NCBI GenBank assembly: GCA_963726745.1
Contig: CAVSDR010000002.1
Span: 288,001 to 352,000, forward strand
Source: an uncultured Verrucomicrobiae bacterium
GTDB lineage: Bacteria; Verrucomicrobiota; Verrucomicrobiia; Chthoniobacterales; UBA10450
Direction of reading: 5' to 3'
Length of the DNA: 64,000 bases
Part shown: positions 1-9,894 of the stretch, piece after piece
How positions within the stretch are numbered: the stretch's first letter is position 1
How the letters are laid out: every line of letters starts with the position of its first letter
The notes under the pieces: generated by a model
Told to the model about the DNA's origin: nothing
The model's input: only the letters and a program-made list of their open reading frames with translations
Database searches by the model: none
Program-made: the position numbers and the translations under genes

Positions 1-720
1 GCGATCCTGGCGCACTTCGGCGCGAACGTGCTCAACGATTACTTCGACTTCGTGCAAGGCGTCGACACCCGCCCGGAGCACGGCAGCGGCGTGCTCACGA
101 GCGGCGCGATGAGTGCGCGCGCTGCGCTCATCTACTCGTTAGTCCTGTTCGCCGGTGCGGCGCTTTGTGCGCTTCTGCTCCTGCGCACGCGCGCGCATAC
201 GGTCGTGCCGCTGGCGTTCATCGGCTTGTTCTGCGCGGTGGCTTACCCGGCGTTTCTGAAGCGTTTTGGGCTCGGCGACCTGCTCATCATCGTGGCGTTT
301 GGTTTCGGCCTTACACTCGGGGCCTACGCCGTGCAGGTGGGCGGAATCGACCTGCGCCAGGGGCTGCTGGTGGCGCTCTATTCGCTCCCGGTTTGCCTGC
401 TGGTCGATGCCATCTTGCACGCTAATAACCTGCGCGATGCGGCCGATGATCGCGCCGCGCGCGTGCGCACCCTGGCGACGATGCTGGGGCCAAAGCTGGG
501 CCGCGCGCTCCAGCTCGCGCTGCTCTTCGGGCCGCTCGCGTTCATCTTGCTGGCTGTGGCCCTGCGCTTTCTGCCGTGGTGGAGCTTGCTTGCGCTGTTG
601 GCGACACCGCTGCTCCTGAAAGCCGCCCGCAGCGGCAGTGTGCCCGGGACGGCGCAGGCGCATCTCGTCTTTGGCCTGCTTTACACCGGCGCTTTCTTGC
701 TCCCGGCGGGCGCTCGTTAG
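1..720 (+). CDS. UbiA-family prenyltransferase (MenA-like), 5'-truncated by window
   Basis: NDYFDFVQGVD and ANNLRDAADD aspartate motifs, multiple TM helices. Confidence 0.85.
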   Translation, partial: AILAHFGANVLNDYFDFVQGVDTRPEHGSGVLTSGAMSARAALIYSLVLFAGAALCALLLLRTRAHTVVPLAFIGLFCAVAYPAFLKRFGLGDLLIIVAFGFGLTLGAYAVQVGGIDLRQGLLVALYSLPVCLLVDAILHANNLRDAADDRAARVRTLATMLGPKLGRALQLALLFGPLAFILLAVALRFLPWWSLLALLATPLLLKAARSGSVPGTAQAHLVFGLLYTGAFLLPAGAR

Positions 721-1565
721 CCCACGGGCCCGAGCGGTTCCGCGCAACGCCGGCAAAACCGCGCCCGCACATCGGCCTCGGTGGTGCCGCAACGCGGGCA
801 GGCGCGCGCATTCCGCAGTCGGCTGGCTTCGCGCAGCTCAAGCGAGAAAATGCCCGTGGGCACGGCGATGATTCCGTAGCCCATGATCATGATCAAGCTG
901 GCCACGAACCGGCCCAGCGCGGTCTGCGGGGTAATGTCGCCGTAGCCCACGGTCGTGAGCGTGACGATCGCCCAGTAGACCCCGTGCGGGATGCTATCGA
1001 AGCCGTGCGCTTCGCCCTCGATCAAATACATCGCCGTGCCCATCAGGATCACGAGCGTGAAGACCGCGAAAATGAAGACCAAAATCTTCCGCTGGCTCGA
1101 GCGCAACGCGAGCATCAGCGTGTCCGTCTCCTCGAGGAAATGGGCCAGCTTGAGCACGCGGAAAACGCGCAGCAGACGGAGCACGCGCACCACGATGAGG
1201 TAATTCGCCGTCGTGAAAAGGCTGATGAAACTCGGGAGCACCGCGAGCAGATCGACCACGCCGTAGAAGCTCCAGGCGTAACGTCGCGGCCGCCGCACGC
1301 AGGCCAGGCGCGCGAAATATTCCACCGTGAAGAGCACCGTGAAGATCCACTCGAGCACCCGCAAGAGATGCCCGTAAGCCGCTTCCACCGCGTGCATGCT
1401 CTCGAGCATGACCACGCCCACGCTGCCCGCGATCGCGAAAAGCAGGACAATGTCGAAGGCTTTGCCGGCCGGCGTATCGCTCTCGAAGATGATCTCGAAG
1501 AGAACCCGCCGCCAGGGCGATGCGCCCGCTTCCGGTCGCCACTCGTTAGCCGCGGGCGTCGCCAT
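717..1565 (-). CDS. Voltage-gated potassium channel-like ion transporter with C-terminal Zn ribbon
   Basis: TTVGYGD selectivity filter, S4-like RVLRLLRVFRVLK, CPRC...CRRC tail. Confidence 0.92.
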   Translation of the reverse strand: MATPAANEWRPEAGASPWRRVLFEIIFESDTPAGKAFDIVLLFAIAGSVGVVMLESMHAVEAAYGHLLRVLEWIFTVLFTVEYFARLACVRRPRRYAWSFYGVVDLLAVLPSFISLFTTANYLIVVRVLRLLRVFRVLKLAHFLEETDTLMLALRSSQRKILVFIFAVFTLVILMGTAMYLIEGEAHGFDSIPHGVYWAIVTLTTVGYGDITPQTALGRFVASLIMIMGYGIIAVPTGIFSLELREASRLRNARACPRCGTTEADVRARFCRRCAEPLGPVG

Positions 1566-1573
1566 CTCGTCGG

Positions 1574-2386
1574 CTAATCCAGCGGCCGCACAATGTAAGT
1601 CCCCACTTGCTTGTCGGCCTCGAGCTTGAGCAGGCCGCGCTTTTCCGCTTCCTGGAGGACGTCGTTGAACGCGCGGAAGCCGTGGGCCCGCTCGTCGAAG
1701 CCGGGATTGCGCCGCTTGATCGTCTGCTTGATCAGCGATCCGCGAATTTCGTAATCGTCGCCCCGTTCCGCGCGCAGCGCTTCGAGCGTCTGGCTGACTA
1801 ATTCCAGGGCGCGCTCTTCTGAGGGCCCATGCTCGACCGCCGCCGGCTCCGCTGGTTTCGCGACGACACTCTTGGCCGAGGTCCGGCGGCGCCGCGCCAC
1901 TGGTTCCACTCGCACGAGATCATCATAATAGATAAACTCATCGCAGTTATTAATGAAGAGATCGGAGGTGGAACTCTTCACCCCCACGCCGATCACCGTC
2001 TTGTCGTTCTCGCGCAGCTTGCTGACTAAAGGCGAGAAATCGGAGTCGCCGCTGATGACCACAAAGGTGTCGACGTGGCTCTTGGTGTAACAGAGATCGA
2101 GTGCGTCCACGACCATCCGGATGTCGGCTGAGTTCTTGCCCGACTGCCGCACGTGCGGGATTTCGATCAACTCAAAGGCCGCCTCGTGCAGGCCGCGTTT
2201 GAAATCCTTGTAGCGCGCGAAATCGCAGTAAGCCTTCTTGACCACGATGTGGCCCTTGAGCAGGAGACGCTCGAGCACCTTCCCGATCTCGAAGGCCGGG
2301 AACTGCGCATCCTGCGCGCCGCGGGCGATATTCTCGAGGTCGAGATAGACCGCCATGGTCGCGTCGGTGTGAGTGTGATTGGCCAT
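1574..2386 (-). CDS. NYN (LabA/DUF88) domain protein with C-terminal OST-HTH/LOTUS domain
   Basis: YLDLEN, GKNSADIRMVVD and SGDSDF motifs; C-terminal PGFDERAHGF. Confidence 0.9.
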   Translation of the reverse strand: MANHTHTDATMAVYLDLENIARGAQDAQFPAFEIGKVLERLLLKGHIVVKKAYCDFARYKDFKRGLHEAAFELIEIPHVRQSGKNSADIRMVVDALDLCYTKSHVDTFVVISGDSDFSPLVSKLRENDKTVIGVGVKSSTSDLFINNCDEFIYYDDLVRVEPVARRRRTSAKSVVAKPAEPAAVEHGPSEERALELVSQTLEALRAERGDDYEIRGSLIKQTIKRRNPGFDERAHGFRAFNDVLQEAEKRGLLKLEADKQVGTYIVRPLD

Positions 2387-2447
2387 TACGCTGGCTAAAT
2401 TAGCTGCGCCCCGCGCCGCTGCCTAACGAAAAGAGACGCGGCGCTGC

Positions 2448-2690
2448 CTAGAACTCTTCCGGCGTTTGCTGCGCCGCGAGGAAGATCCCGAGCGCCAGCT
2501 CCGCCGCATAGACTGCGCGCGCGGTTTTCGGATGCGCCGCCAGCTCCTCGGTGGCCGCCTTGGCCAACTCCGGACCGACATGCCACAGGAGCGAATGCCA
2601 GCGCGGCTTGATCAATCCCATGACGCCATCACCGATCAAAAAAAGCGCGCCGGCCTGGACCAGCCGCCGCACTGCGAGGTTGTTTGTCAT
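2448..2690 (-). CDS. Small hypothetical membrane protein
   Basis: 80-aa ORF with two hydrophobic segments that fills the gap between genes. Confidence 0.6.
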   Translation of the reverse strand: MTNNLAVRRLVQAGALFLIGDGVMGLIKPRWHSLLWHVGPELAKAATEELAAHPKTARAVYAAELALGIFLAAQQTPEEF

Positions 2691-2735
2691 CCGATCTATT
2701 TGCGCGCAGCCCGGAAAGATTCAAATACTTCAACC

Positions 2736-3252
2736 GTGAGCGCCCCGGCCAAAGTGATCCTCGAGACGGAACGCCTCCGGTTGCGCACGATGTCGACCAC
2801 GGACGCCGCGCTCATCCTTGAGCTCTTGAACGATCCCGCGTTCATCGAGTTCGTAGCCGATCGCGGCCTGCGCACGCTCGAAGATGCCGCGGCTTACATC
2901 GAGAGCCGGGTCTTGCCGAGTTACCAGCTCCACGGCTTCGGCTTCTACGTGGTCGAGCGAAAATCAGACGGCGAGCTCATCGGCATCTGCGGGCTTGGTC
3001 AAACGCGATGGGCTTGAGGATGTCGACCTGGGGTTTTCCATTCGGCGGGAATTTTGGGGCCAGGGCTACGCCACCGAAGCCGCGCGTGCGGTGCGCGACC
3101 TCGGCGCGTCCACCTTCCAGCTTCCGCGCATTGTAGGCCTGGTCTCGGAACGCAATGTCCGCTCCATCGCCGTGCTCGAAAAGCTCGGCTGGCGGCACCG
3201 AGAAACCGTCCAGCTTCCCGGGCAGCCGCACCCGAGCAGAGTCTTCGCTTGA
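2736..3252 (+). CDS. GNAT N-acetyltransferase (RimJ/RimL-like), frameshift near 2995
   Basis: ILETERLRLR start; after the frameshift DLGFSIRREFWGQGYATEAA and NVRSIAVLEKLG. Confidence 0.85.
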
Positions 3253-3283
3253 GTTTCCAGGCCGCGCGCGCCTATTGAGCGCC

Positions 3284-4039
3284 GTGAGCAGCAGCCTGCG
3301 CCTCGGAGTGAATGTCGACCATGTCGCGACCCTGCGGCAGGCGCGCTATGCGGCCATGCCCGATTCACGCAACGCCGAGCCGGACCCGGTGACGATCGCG
3401 AGCATTTGCGAACACGCCGGCGCCCACGGGATTACCGCGCACCTGCGCGCCGACCGCCGCCACATGCAGGATCGCGATCTGGAACGCTTGCGCGCGAACG
3501 TGATGACCAAACTCAATTTCGAGATGGGAAACACGCCGGAGATTGTCGACTTCGCCCTGCGCATCGTGCCGGATGAAGTCTGCCTGGTGCCGGAGAAACG
3601 CGAGGAGGTTACGACCGAGGGCGGGCTCGACCTGGTGAAGCACGCGCGCGAGCTCGCACCGACCATCAAACGCCTGCATGCGGCCGGTATTCGCGTGAGC
3701 ATGTTCATTGACCCGGAACTCGCGCAGGTCGAGGCCGCGGTCTCGTTAGGCGCCGACATCGTGGAGCTGCACACCGGAAAATTAGCCAACGCTTTCACCG
3801 AGAAATTCGAGAAGCAGGAACTGGAACGCCTGCGCGAAGCCGCCGTGCGCGCCTTCAATTTCAACCTCCAGGTCAACGCCGGCCACGGGATCAACTACCG
3901 GAATATTGTCCGCATCCACAAGATCCCGCACCTGACCGAACTGAACATCGGCCACTCGATCGTGGCGCGAGCCGTCTTCACCGGCTTCGAGGCGGCGGTC
4001 AAGGAGATGCTCGCGGCGATGGAGGGCTACAAGGGGTGA
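3284..4039 (+). CDS. pdxJ: Pyridoxine 5'-phosphate synthase
   Basis: LGVNVDHVATLRQAR, HLRADRRH, TTEGGLD, ELNIGHSI. Confidence 0.96.
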   Translation: MSSSLRLGVNVDHVATLRQARYAAMPDSRNAEPDPVTIASICEHAGAHGITAHLRADRRHMQDRDLERLRANVMTKLNFEMGNTPEIVDFALRIVPDEVCLVPEKREEVTTEGGLDLVKHARELAPTIKRLHAAGIRVSMFIDPELAQVEAAVSLGADIVELHTGKLANAFTEKFEKQELERLREAAVRAFNFNLQVNAGHGINYRNIVRIHKIPHLTELNIGHSIVARAVFTGFEAAVKEMLAAMEGYKG

Positions 4040-4422
4040 GCGTCCTCGGCATCGGCGTCGATATCGTGGAAACCGTCCGCATCGAGCATTCCCTCGAGCG
4101 TTTCGGCGAGCGCTTCCTCCACCGCATTTTTACTGAAGGCGAGATCGCCTATTGCCAGTCGATGAAGTATCCCGCGCGCCATTTCGCCGCCCGCTTCGCG
4201 GCCAAGGAAGCGGTCTCGAAAGCTTTTGGCACCGGCATTGGGAAGGCGATGGGCTGGCGCGACATCGACGTGCACCGCAAGGAAAGCGGCGAGCCGTTCG
4301 TGGTCCTCGAAGGCGGCGCCAAAGCGCTGGCGGCGGAGCGCCATGTCTCCGCGGTCTGGATCAGCCTCAGCCACACCGATCATCACGCCACCGCGATGAT
4401 CGTGCTCGAGCGCTCGGCTTGA
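4036..4422 (+). CDS. acpS: Holo-[acyl-carrier-protein] synthase
   Basis: GIGVDIV, AARFAAKEA, ISLSH; follows pdxJ. Confidence 0.96.
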   Translation: MSVLGIGVDIVETVRIEHSLERFGERFLHRIFTEGEIAYCQSMKYPARHFAARFAAKEAVSKAFGTGIGKAMGWRDIDVHRKESGEPFVVLEGGAKALAAERHVSAVWISLSHTDHHATAMIVLERSA

Positions 4423-4426
4423 CTCG

Positions 4427-5029
4427 TTAGGCGCGCCGACGGCGCAGCCGGGCGAGGCCGAGCGCGCCGCACCCGATGGCCAGGAGCGCCAGGCTCGAGC
4501 CCAGCTCCGGCGCGGCCGCCGGCAGGAGGAAGCCCCGAATTTCACCGCTCGGAAACACGCTCGTGTGAATATTCAGGTAGGCCTTGCCGGCGATAATCGC
4601 GGCCACAAAGGCGTTCTCCGCGCCCGCGGCGGTGCCGCCGTTGGCGGTCACATAGGCCGGGTTCCAGGTGCTCGATTGACTCATGTCGAAGGTATTGCTG
4701 TAGCTGCCGCTGGTGACGCCGGTGGGGAAACCGGAAAAGGTCGGCGTCTGCGTGGCGACGCCGGCGGTCCCGGTGCCGGGGGTCGCAGTCGCGGCATGGA
4801 TGTGCGCCGCGGTGGTCGTGCCCGAGAGATTGCTGAAGGAAAACTGCACCTGCAGCATGTGCGTCGCCGGATTGATCGTCACCGTGGTGAAGCCGGTCCC
4901 GACGGAGGCATTGGGAGGCGACTCCGCTGGACCGGAGAGGAAGGCGGTGAAGACCTGGGCTTCACTGCGCGAGACGTAGCAGAGGAGGGCGAGCGCGAGG
5001 GGCGCCGCCAGGGAAGTGCGAAGTTTCAT
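4427..5029 (-). CDS. Secreted CHRD-domain protein with PEP-CTERM-like tail
   Basis: Signal peptide, AAHIH, YLNIHT..FPSGEIRG; tail APELGSSLALLAIGCGALGLARLRRRRA. Confidence 0.88.
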   Translation of the reverse strand: MKLRTSLAAPLALALLCYVSRSEAQVFTAFLSGPAESPPNASVGTGFTTVTINPATHMLQVQFSFSNLSGTTTAAHIHAATATPGTGTAGVATQTPTFSGFPTGVTSGSYSNTFDMSQSSTWNPAYVTANGGTAAGAENAFVAAIIAGKAYLNIHTSVFPSGEIRGFLLPAAAPELGSSLALLAIGCGALGLARLRRRRA

Positions 5030-5093
5030 CTGGGAGAGAGTCCTTTCGTGGTGGGAGGTTGCTGGCCTTCATACCAAGACCGCCGGCGCCACC

Positions 5094-6749
5094 TCAAGAC
5101 TTATCGTTAGGCCGCGGAGCCACTCGGAGCAGGACCACTCCATGACCGGGGACGGTGCTTTCAAAGAAGTCCGCGAAAACCCCGAGGTCCTGCTGTCGCC
5201 AAAGGTCGCGCACTGCCGGCGCGCCGGTCAGTCCGAGGCTGGACCAGGTCACCCGGACGGTCGTCGGCTGCGTGCCGCGATTAAAAAGGCCCACCGCCCA
5301 CGAGCCATCAGCCAGCACTTTGGCAAAAATATCCGTCTGCCAGCCGCCGCCCACGCGCGTGGCCTGTTTGCCGAGCGCATCCTGGTCGACCTCGAGCACC
5401 TCGTCATTCGTCAGCAGGCCGAGGGTAAAGGGATCCAGCTTCTCGAGGTCGCAACCGAGCAGAAGCGGTCCGCCAAGCAGACACCAAAGGCTCATGTGCG
5501 CATATTGCTCATCGGAGGAGAGCCGTGTTGGCCGCATCTCCTTGCCCCAACCGAGCGTCCCGAGCACGAGCATGTCGGCATCGTTGTAATGCCCGGGACG
5601 TTGCCAGCGCGCCCAACGATCGCGCGTGAATCCGGAGCGCACCACGTCCCGCCACGAATCCTTCACATCACCCGAAGTCCGCCAGGCCTGGGCCAGCGGG
5701 GCGATCTCCCCGGCCAGCGAAAACGGCGTGTTATTGGCTACGCTCAAGACAATGTCGCGCCCGGCACTGGCAAGGGCGCGGGCCATCTCCGCGGTATGTG
5801 GCCGGTCCACCGGCACCCAATCATACTTCACGTAATCGACGCCCCAGGCGCTCCATTGCCGCACATCCTGAGTGACGAAGGACACCTGGCCAAAGGTCCG
5901 CAACTTCCGCGTGATCGCTTCCATCCAGCGCTCGCGGCGCCATCGGGTCAGCGGCTGGAGCCAGGAAAATTTAGCCAGCCACATCTCCGGTTCCCGGGGG
6001 AAACGGAACTTGAAAAATTGGTTGTGCTGCCCGCGCTCGATCCAGTCGTAGTGGCCGTCGGCGGTATCCGCGCTCGAGCCGATCTGCCCGTAGAAACTTG
6101 TCCGCCAAGGCGTCGAGTAAATCCCGAGCTTCAGGCCTAACGAATGCAAATCCGCTGCCAGCTTTCCGATGTCGGTGAACTTCGCGTTTGGCTGGATGGC
6201 GTTAAAAGGGCCGCCGCGCACCCCTTGCCAACCATCGTCGATGTTCACGTAGGTCCACCCATGATCGCGCAGCCCGCTGCGCACCAGCGCCTGCGCCGCC
6301 GCGCGCACTTTCTCCTCGGTGACGGTCCCGCCCCAGGCGTTCCAACTGTTCCAGCCCATCGGCGGCGTAAGGGCGATCTCGTCGCCCACCACGATCGTGA
6401 GCGTGCGCTCGGCGGTGCCGCGGGCGTTGCGCGCGCGCAGCAGAACCTCGTGCCGCCCGGCATCTGCGAGTTGTCCGGTGATCAAGCCGCTCTCCGGGTC
6501 TAACGAAAGGTTAGACGGCAAGTTCACCGCCTCGAATTGCATCGGCCGCTCGCCGCTGGCCGCGATCTGGAAGAGGAAAGGGGATCCCGGGCGCACGCCG
6601 AAAACTCGCGCGCCATGGATCCGCGGCGCGGGCGGCGCGGGCGGCGTGAGGATGGGAAACGCGTCCGGCTTTTCGGCCGGGCCGCACGCCGTCGCGCCGA
6701 GGCAAAACGCGGCCAGCACCAGCCGCGCGCAGTTGCGTTTCCCCTTCAT
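5094..6749 (-). CDS. GH27 alpha-galactosidase with N-terminal Ig-like (He_PIG) domain, probable lipoprotein
   Basis: TPPMGWNSWN, VNIDDGWQ, DYVKYD, NDADML; LGATAC lipobox-like. Confidence 0.9.
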   Translation of the reverse strand: MKGKRNCARLVLAAFCLGATACGPAEKPDAFPILTPPAPPAPRIHGARVFGVRPGSPFLFQIAASGERPMQFEAVNLPSNLSLDPESGLITGQLADAGRHEVLLRARNARGTAERTLTIVVGDEIALTPPMGWNSWNAWGGTVTEEKVRAAAQALVRSGLRDHGWTYVNIDDGWQGVRGGPFNAIQPNAKFTDIGKLAADLHSLGLKLGIYSTPWRTSFYGQIGSSADTADGHYDWIERGQHNQFFKFRFPREPEMWLAKFSWLQPLTRWRRERWMEAITRKLRTFGQVSFVTQDVRQWSAWGVDYVKYDWVPVDRPHTAEMARALASAGRDIVLSVANNTPFSLAGEIAPLAQAWRTSGDVKDSWRDVVRSGFTRDRWARWQRPGHYNDADMLVLGTLGWGKEMRPTRLSSDEQYAHMSLWCLLGGPLLLGCDLEKLDPFTLGLLTNDEVLEVDQDALGKQATRVGGGWQTDIFAKVLADGSWAVGLFNRGTQPTTVRVTWSSLGLTGAPAVRDLWRQQDLGVFADFFESTVPGHGVVLLRVAPRPNDKS

Positions 6750-6769
6750 TCTTCGAATCTCTCGGCTCG

Positions 6770-8301
6770 ATGCCGAAGACTTTTTATCTCACGACTGCGA
6801 TCGATTACACCAATGGCGCGCCGCACATCGGGCACGCCTACGAGAAGGTGTTGGCCGACGTGCTCGCCCGCTTCCATCGCCTCCAGGGCGAGGAGGTTTT
6901 CTTTCTCACGGGAGTCGATCAACACGGCCAGAAGGTGCAGCAATCGGCCGAAAAAGCAGGCGTCCCGCCGCAGGAATTTGTCGACGAGCTCACGGCAAAG
7001 TTTCTCGCGCTCTGGGAAAAACTCGACGTGCGCTACGACCGTTGGGCCGCCACGACCGACCCGCTGCACCGGGCGTGCGTGCAAGGGAATTCTCCAGCGC
7101 CTCTTCGACGAAGGCCAGATCTACAAGGACAAGCAGGACGGCTTCTACAGCGTGCGGCAGGAGCAATTTCTGACCGACAAGGAGCGCGGGCCGGACGGCG
7201 AATTCGGTCCCGAGTGGGGCGAGGTCGAGCAGCGGACCGAGGAAAACTACTACTTCAAACTCGCGGAGCACAGGGACTGGCTGCTCGCATATCTCCGCGC
7301 GCCATCCGGACTGTGTCACGCCCGACTTCCGCCAGACCGAGCTGATCAACGCGGTCGAGAAATTAGGCGGCGACCTCTGCATTTCGCGGCCGAAATCACG
7401 GCTGAGCTGGGGGATCGAGCTGCCCTTCGACCGCGACTACGTGAACTACGTCTGGTTCGACGCGCTCACGAATTACATCAGCTTCATCGGCTACGATCCG
7501 GCGCAGCGAGAGTTTGCGCAGCAGCCAGCGGAGTTCCGGGAGAAATGGCCCGCGCTGCACATCATCGGCAAGGACATCCTGATCCCGGCGCACGGGATTT
7601 ACTGGCCGATCATGCTCCACGCGCTCGGCTTCCCCGATGAGCAAATGCCGAAGTTCCTCGTGCACGGCTGGTGGAACATCAGCGGCGCAAAGATGAGCAA
7701 GTCGTTAGGCAACGTGATCGATCCCGATGAACTGGCGGATAAATACAGCCCGGAGGCCCTGCGCTATTATTTAACCAGCGACATCGTCACCGGGAAGGAC
7801 GCGGATTTCTCCGAGGAACGCCTGACTACCCGCTTCAATTCCGAGCTCGCAAATTCGTTAGGCAACCTGCTCAACCGCGGCCTGGCGATGATCTGGAAGT
7901 TTCGCGAAGGCCAGCTCGTGCGCGCGGCGGTGCCGGGCGAAGAATTGAACCCGGGCCCGGAAACGATGGTCACGGCGCTGCGGCTGGCGGGCGATTGCAA
8001 CGAGCGGATCGACAGTGAAAAGCCGTGGGTGCTCGCGAAAGATCCGGAGAAGCAGGCTCAGCTCGACGCCTTGCTTTACCGCCTGGCCGATTCGCTCCGG
8101 CTGATCGCGATTCTCATTTCGCCGGTGCTGCCAAAAGCAGCGCACGGCATTTTCGACCAGCTCAACTGGAAGATGGAACAGGCCGGGCAGGAGGCGCGCT
8201 TCTCGTTAGGCGATGCGGTCTGGGGTCAGCTGCCGGACGGCCACCAGGTGAGCAAACCGACGCCGCTTTTCCCGCGGATTGAAATCAAGCCACCGGCCTA
8301 A
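6770..8301 (+). CDS. metG: Methionine--tRNA ligase, frameshifts near 7088 and 7300
   Basis: TTAIDYTNGAPHIGH, YVWFDAL, GKDIL, KMSKS spread over three frames. Confidence 0.95.
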
Positions 8302-8660
8302 CGAATCCCGGTGTCGCAGGTCCATTCGACCGCGGTCATCTTGCCGGCAGTGACCTCGACCTCGAACGGCCCGTAGCGCCCGATGCGTGCCGCCGGTCCC
8401 TTGCGTGCGACTGTGTAATGGCCGGGCGGAACGGTCACGCGAAACGCGCCCTGCGCATCGGTGGTGAAAGCGGCCACAGTTTTCTCGCCCTGCTGCACGA
8501 CGAACTCCACCCGGCTGAGCGGCGCGCTGTCCGGCACCCCGAGGCGGCTCGGTCCGCCCCGCGCCGGGCTCACGGAAATGACGCCGGCGATCCCGGTTTC
8601 GTCGGGCGCGGCCTGCAGGAGGGCGCAGGCGAGCAAGCTCAGGAAAAAGAACGTGCGCAT
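8298..8660 (-). CDS. Secreted protein with carboxypeptidase-regulatory-like beta-sandwich
   Basis: Signal peptide; TTDAQGAFRVTVPPGHY; CDTGIR end. Confidence 0.7.
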   Translation of the reverse strand: MRTFFFLSLLACALLQAAPDETGIAGVISVSPARGGPSRLGVPDSAPLSRVEFVVQQGEKTVAAFTTDAQGAFRVTVPPGHYTVARKGPAARIGRYGPFEVEVTAGKMTAVEWTCDTGIR

Positions 8661-8682
8661 GGCGAGAGCATGCCGCGAAAAG

Positions 8683-9894
8683 TCACTGCGTGCACTCTTC
8701 AAACGCGGCCGGTTCGCCGCGCAGATGCGCCAGCGCTTCACCCGCGAGATGGAGCGACCCGGCGATTAAAACCGGGCGCGCCATCTTGCTGGCTAAATCG
8801 ATCGCAGCGCCCGTCGAGTCCGCGAGCGTGGACGGGATTTCCGGGGAAATCTCGGCGACGATCCGCGCCAGTGCCGCCGGCGGCAGCGCCCGCGGGCCGC
8901 GGAATTGCGGGAGAAAAATTGCGGCCGTGATGCCGGCTAATTCTCGAAAAATCGCGGCCGCATCCTTGTCGGTGAAGACACCGAGGATGAGCGCGGCCTG
9001 TTCGCCCGGGAACTCTTCCCGCCAGGTCTGCGCGAGCACGCGCGCGCCCGCGGGATTGTGCGCGCCATCGATCACGGTGCGCGCGGCAAAGCGCTGAAAG
9101 CGCGCCGGCCAGGCGACGTTCGCGAGGCCGCGGCCGAGCGTGGGAAGATCGATCGCAATCTCTGCGGCGGAGAGCGCCGCTGCTGCGAGGGCGGCATTTT
9201 CGCGCTGGTGTTTTCCTGGGAGCGACGAGTCCAGGGCCCCGCGGACGAAAGTCAGCGGCGCGCCGCGTTCCGCCGCCGTTTGCCGTATGACAGCAGCCGC
9301 TTCCGGCAATTGCGGCGCGGAGACGACCGGGATGCCCGGCTTGATGATGCCGGCTTTCTCGCGCGCGATTTCGCGGAGGGTGGAGCCGAGCCATTTCTGG
9401 TGATCGAGCGCGATCGGCGTGAGCACGGAGACGATGGGCGTGACCGCGTTGGTCGCATCGAGGCGGCCGCCCATGCCGGTCTCGAGGACCGCAAAAGCGC
9501 ACGCGCGTTCCGCGAAATGAAGCAGGCCGAGCGCGGTCGCGATTTCAAAAAATGTCGGGTGCGGATCCCACTCGGCCACGAGCGCGCGGATGCGCGTGAG
9601 ACCGCGCGCGACCTCCGTTTCCGCGATCATCTCGCCGTCTACCTGGATGCGTTCGCGGAAGGTGACGAGGTGCGGCGAAGTGAAGCGGCCGGTGCGATGG
9701 CCGGCCGCGCGGAGAATGGCATCGAGCATCGCGCAGACGGAGCCTTTGCCGTTCGTCCCGGCGACGTGGAGGATGCGCTGGCCCGCCGCAGGCAGCTCGA
9801 GCGCGCGCAGCAGGCGCTGGATGTTTTCCAGGCCGAGCTTGATTCCGAAAAGCTGCGTCCCGAAAAGCCAGGCGAGCGCCTCGCGATAGTTCAC
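8683..9894 (-). CDS. folC: Folylpolyglutamate synthase/dihydrofolate synthase
   Basis: HVAGTNGKGS, TSPHL, GMGGRLDATN, DGAHNP. Confidence 0.96.
   Translation of the reverse strand: MNYREALAWLFGTQLFGIKLGLENIQRLLRALELPAAGQRILHVAGTNGKGSVCAMLDAILRAAGHRTGRFTSPHLVTFRERIQVDGEMIAETEVARGLTRIRALVAEWDPHPTFFEIATALGLLHFAERACAFAVLETGMGGRLDATNAVTPIVSVLTPIALDHQKWLGSTLREIAREKAGIIKPGIPVVSAPQLPEAAAVIRQTAAERGAPLTFVRGALDSSLPGKHQRENAALAAAALSAAEIAIDLPTLGRGLANVAWPARFQRFAARTVIDGAHNPAGARVLAQTWREEFPGEQAALILGVFTDKDAAAIFRELAGITAAIFLPQFRGPRALPPAALARIVAEISPEIPSTLADSTGAAIDLASKMARPVLIAGSLHLAGEALAHLRGEPAAFEECTQ

Noticed and set aside
7130..7240. MetRS knuckle lacking Zn-binding cysteines (FYSVRQEQF)
   Set aside because: Zn-free single-knuckle MetRS is a known subfamily, so this is not novel.
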